Below the pieces are notes generated by a model, which searched no databases, was not told the DNA's origin, and saw only the letters and a list, made by a program, of their open reading frames with translations. A stretch of DNA of 24,000 nucleotides from contig OZ246410.1 of the NCBI GenBank assembly GCA_965231065.1, positions 405,448 through 429,447 of the forward strand. Reading direction: 5' to 3'. The DNA is from an uncultured Methanosarcinales archaeon. Lineage in GTDB: Archaea > Nanobdellota > Nanobdellia > Woesearchaeales > UBA10107. Below, one piece after another: positions 22,302-24,000 of the stretch (position 1 is the stretch's first letter; each line of letters opens with the position of its first letter). Position numbers and translations under genes: made by a program.

Positions 22302-22356
22302 CGACGAAAAAACTAGGGTCGACTTCGCCTGGCTCGTCTCTCAAGTTTTTTCGTGG
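22302..22356 (-). terminator. Hairpin with a U-rich 3' arm downstream of the m5C methyltransferase stop (putative terminator)
   Basis: On the minus strand CCACGAAAAAACU (22356-22344) pairs with AGUUUUUUCGUCG (22314-22302), 12 of 13 positions, around a 29-nt loop. The 3' arm carries a T6 run, the usual archaeal termination signal. Confidence 0.35.
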
Positions 22357-22359
22357 TCA

Positions 22360-23274
22360 TCATTCTTTCCTGATTTTAGCCACGAAAAAACCTTCAGAAT
22401 CATTATCTTGCGGCCAGATCCTCAGACAATTCGAGACTTCAGGATCATATTTCTCTTTCTCGAATTCCGTGAAACATGGACTTCGTTTGATATCGAGCTC
22501 AATCGGTTCCAGTTTCGCGTTTGGGAATTTTTCTAATAAGAAACTGACGACGCCTTCATCTTCCTGTGGTTCCATGGTGCACGTCGAATAGACCATGGTT
22601 CCTCCTTGCTTCAGGTTGTTGAACGCTACTGTGATGAGTTTCTTCTGGAGTGCGGCGATCCTTGTTATGAGATCTGCATTCCAATCCATCGCTGATCTGA
22701 TACTTTTCATGATGGTTCCTGTACCTGAGCATGGCGCATCCAATAGGATTCTATCGAACTGTCCTTTGATGTACTGTCCTTTGCTCTTCATGATCGCAGT
22801 ATTTTTTAGTCCGCAGCGCTGGACATTGATTCCCAAGGAAGCTAATCTGTCTCCGGTCATATCGTTTGCGAGAATGATACCAGTATTGTTCATGTACTGA
22901 CCGAGTTGTGTGGTCTTGCTTCCGGGAGCAGCAGCGACATCAAGAACCACTTCATGCTCTTCCGGCGCTAATACGACCGGCGGGATCATTGATGCTGATT
23001 CCTGTACATAGAAATACCCAAGCGCATGTTCGATGAGGTTTCCCAGGTCTGTTCTGTCTCCTACGATCCAGAATCCTTCCTTGCACCAGGGAATCGGTGT
23101 GAGCTTGAATCCCTGCTGTTCCAAGCGCTTCTTCAGATCTTTGATGGTGATTTTCAATGTGTTGATACGGATACTTTTTCTGAGATGTTTGTTGCTTGCT
23201 TCAGCGAACTGATCCCAATCGGTCAATTTCTTATATCGTTCGATAAATTTCTCTTTGAATACCAGTTCAGTCAT
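22360..23274 (-). CDS. NOL1/NOP2/Sun-family RNA cytosine-C5 methyltransferase
   Basis: SAM motif DVAAAPGSKTT, catalytic motifs DRILLDAPCSGTGT (motif IV Cys) and MVYSTCT (motif VI Cys). Tandem TGATGA stops. ATGA overlap with the upstream elp3. Confidence 0.9.
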   Translation of the reverse strand: MTELVFKEKFIERYKKLTDWDQFAEASNKHLRKSIRINTLKITIKDLKKRLEQQGFKLTPIPWCKEGFWIVGDRTDLGNLIEHALGYFYVQESASMIPPVVLAPEEHEVVLDVAAAPGSKTTQLGQYMNNTGIILANDMTGDRLASLGINVQRCGLKNTAIMKSKGQYIKGQFDRILLDAPCSGTGTIMKSIRSAMDWNADLITRIAALQKKLITVAFNNLKQGGTMVYSTCTMEPQEDEGVVSFLLEKFPNAKLEPIELDIKRSPCFTEFEKEKYDPEVSNCLRIWPQDNDSEGFFVAKIRKE

Positions 23275-24000
23275 AATTGCTTCACCATATATGGTCCTTC
23301 AATTGCATATCCTATTTTCTTGTAATACTCTCTTACACCGACACCCGAGATGACGACCATCTTCTTTTTGCCGTCTTTCTTTGCCTGCGCTTCAGCAAGT
23401 TCCATGAGTTTCTTTCCAACTCCTTTGTGTTGTATGATGCCTTCCTCTCCAACAGGAACAGTACTGCCATAGACATGCAGTTCTCTGATCAAAGCGCTGT
23501 CCTTTGTTATTTCAGGCCTTAGAAATTCAGAAGGATATCGCAGTCGTACGAATCCGACGATCGCATCCTGTTTTTCAGTATCTGCTGAGATGAAGAATTC
23601 GGTTCCTCCTGAAGCGTCATACTTTTTTGTATTGAAATGTATGTTCTCATCAGGATCATGTCTGCCGATCTCTCTGCACCGTATGCATTGGCATTGTATC
23701 TTTCTTTTCTCAGTCATTTCAGTGACGTACTGTCTTAAATTACTCTTATCGACACCTGCTTCCATGAATTTTGGAGGAATATCTCGTTGGACACGCATGA
23801 TCCTGCAGTATTTCTGCACAAATCGCTTTCCCTCAGCGATACGATCGGCTGCCTCTTCAGTCGTGATTGGCTTGAATTCTCCTCGCTGCATCTGGTTATA
23901 CAATACTGTTCCTTTCGAGACCATGCACGGATAGATCTTCAGCATGTCTGGTTGATAATCAGGACTTTCAAATAATTCTTTCAATGCATTGATGTCTCGT
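23271..24000 (-). CDS. elp3: Elp3-family radical-SAM/GNAT tRNA-modification enzyme, 5'-partial at window edge
   Basis: The frame stays open to base 24000 (RDINALKELFES...), so the TTG at 23984 is internal. The Elp3 central region (LKIYPCMV, RIMRVQRDIP) and a C-terminal GNAT domain (IRELHVYG...QHKGVGKKLM) are present. Confidence 0.9.
   Translation of the reverse strand, partial: RDINALKELFESPDYQPDMLKIYPCMVSKGTVLYNQMQRGEFKPITTEEAADRIAEGKRFVQKYCRIMRVQRDIPPKFMEAGVDKSNLRQYVTEMTEKRKIQCQCIRCREIGRHDPDENIHFNTKKYDASGGTEFFISADTEKQDAIVGFVRLRYPSEFLRPEITKDSALIRELHVYGSTVPVGEEGIIQHKGVGKKLMELAEAQAKKDGKKKMVVISGVGVREYYKKIGYAIEGPYMVKQL

Noticed and set aside
22290-22365. Possible C/D-box sRNA: AUGAUGA (a C-box-like sequence) at the methyltransferase stop on the minus strand
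   Set aside because: The AUGAUGA is simply the tandem TGATGA stop codons. No CUGA D box or terminal stem occurs at the expected distance.
22150-22536. 128-aa plus-strand ORF crossing the 22257-22359 intergenic region
   Set aside because: It overlaps the 5' end of the 115-aa gene, its promoter and the 3' end of the methyltransferase on the opposite strand. It has no promoter or motif.
1-24000. CRISPR arrays, transposases, integrases, toxin-antitoxin pairs and rRNA genes
   Set aside because: I found no spaced direct-repeat array, no DDE or tyrosine/serine recombinase motifs and no rRNA-like sequence while reading the intergenic regions and ORF translations.

Overview
Gene-dense window of moderate-to-low GC that reads as archaeal, most likely a small-genome DPANN-like lineage. 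The archaeal call rests on an ATP-dependent Lig1-type DNA ligase, a Hel308/Ski2 helicase, RNase P Rpp21, Nip7, Dph2, Elp3 and a NOL1/NOP2/Sun methyltransferase. It also rests on A/T-rich TATA boxes 21-25 nt upstream of most start codons and tRNA 5' ends, which implies leaderless transcripts. Left third (1-5779): a lipoate-dependent 2-oxoacid dehydrogenase cluster (lipB, E2, E1-beta, an embedded alpha/beta hydrolase, E1-alpha, lipA) with no E3 in view. Next come a membrane-anchored class-A beta-lactamase-like hydrolase, a small FGPGP-repeat protein with a thioredoxin, an ADP-forming acyl-CoA synthetase alpha-type subunit, an O-methyltransferase, a Glu/Leu/Phe/Val-family dehydrogenase, a nitroreductase and the DNA ligase. 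Middle (13371-17680): a segment bounded by tRNA genes that looks rearranged or accessory. It holds tRNA-Arg, a GGDEF diguanylate-cyclase-like gene with an unknown co-transcribed partner, a Hel308 gene encoding only the C-terminal half with its own promoter, tRNA-Ile and tRNA-Asn, a membrane protein and a 94-aa Dph2 N-terminal fragment. Right third: a tail-anchored coiled-coil protein, then an RNA-processing neighbourhood (Rpp21, a three-gene operon containing Nip7 and two unknown proteins, an m5C methyltransferase, Elp3). No CRISPR array, transposase or integrase was seen. Best leads are the GGDEF pair in an archaeal context, the split or truncated Hel308 and Dph2 genes, the hydrolase inside the OADH operon, a 34-nt ligase-derived repeat heading a small ORF, and a triple 12-nt motif that can form mutually exclusive hairpins.
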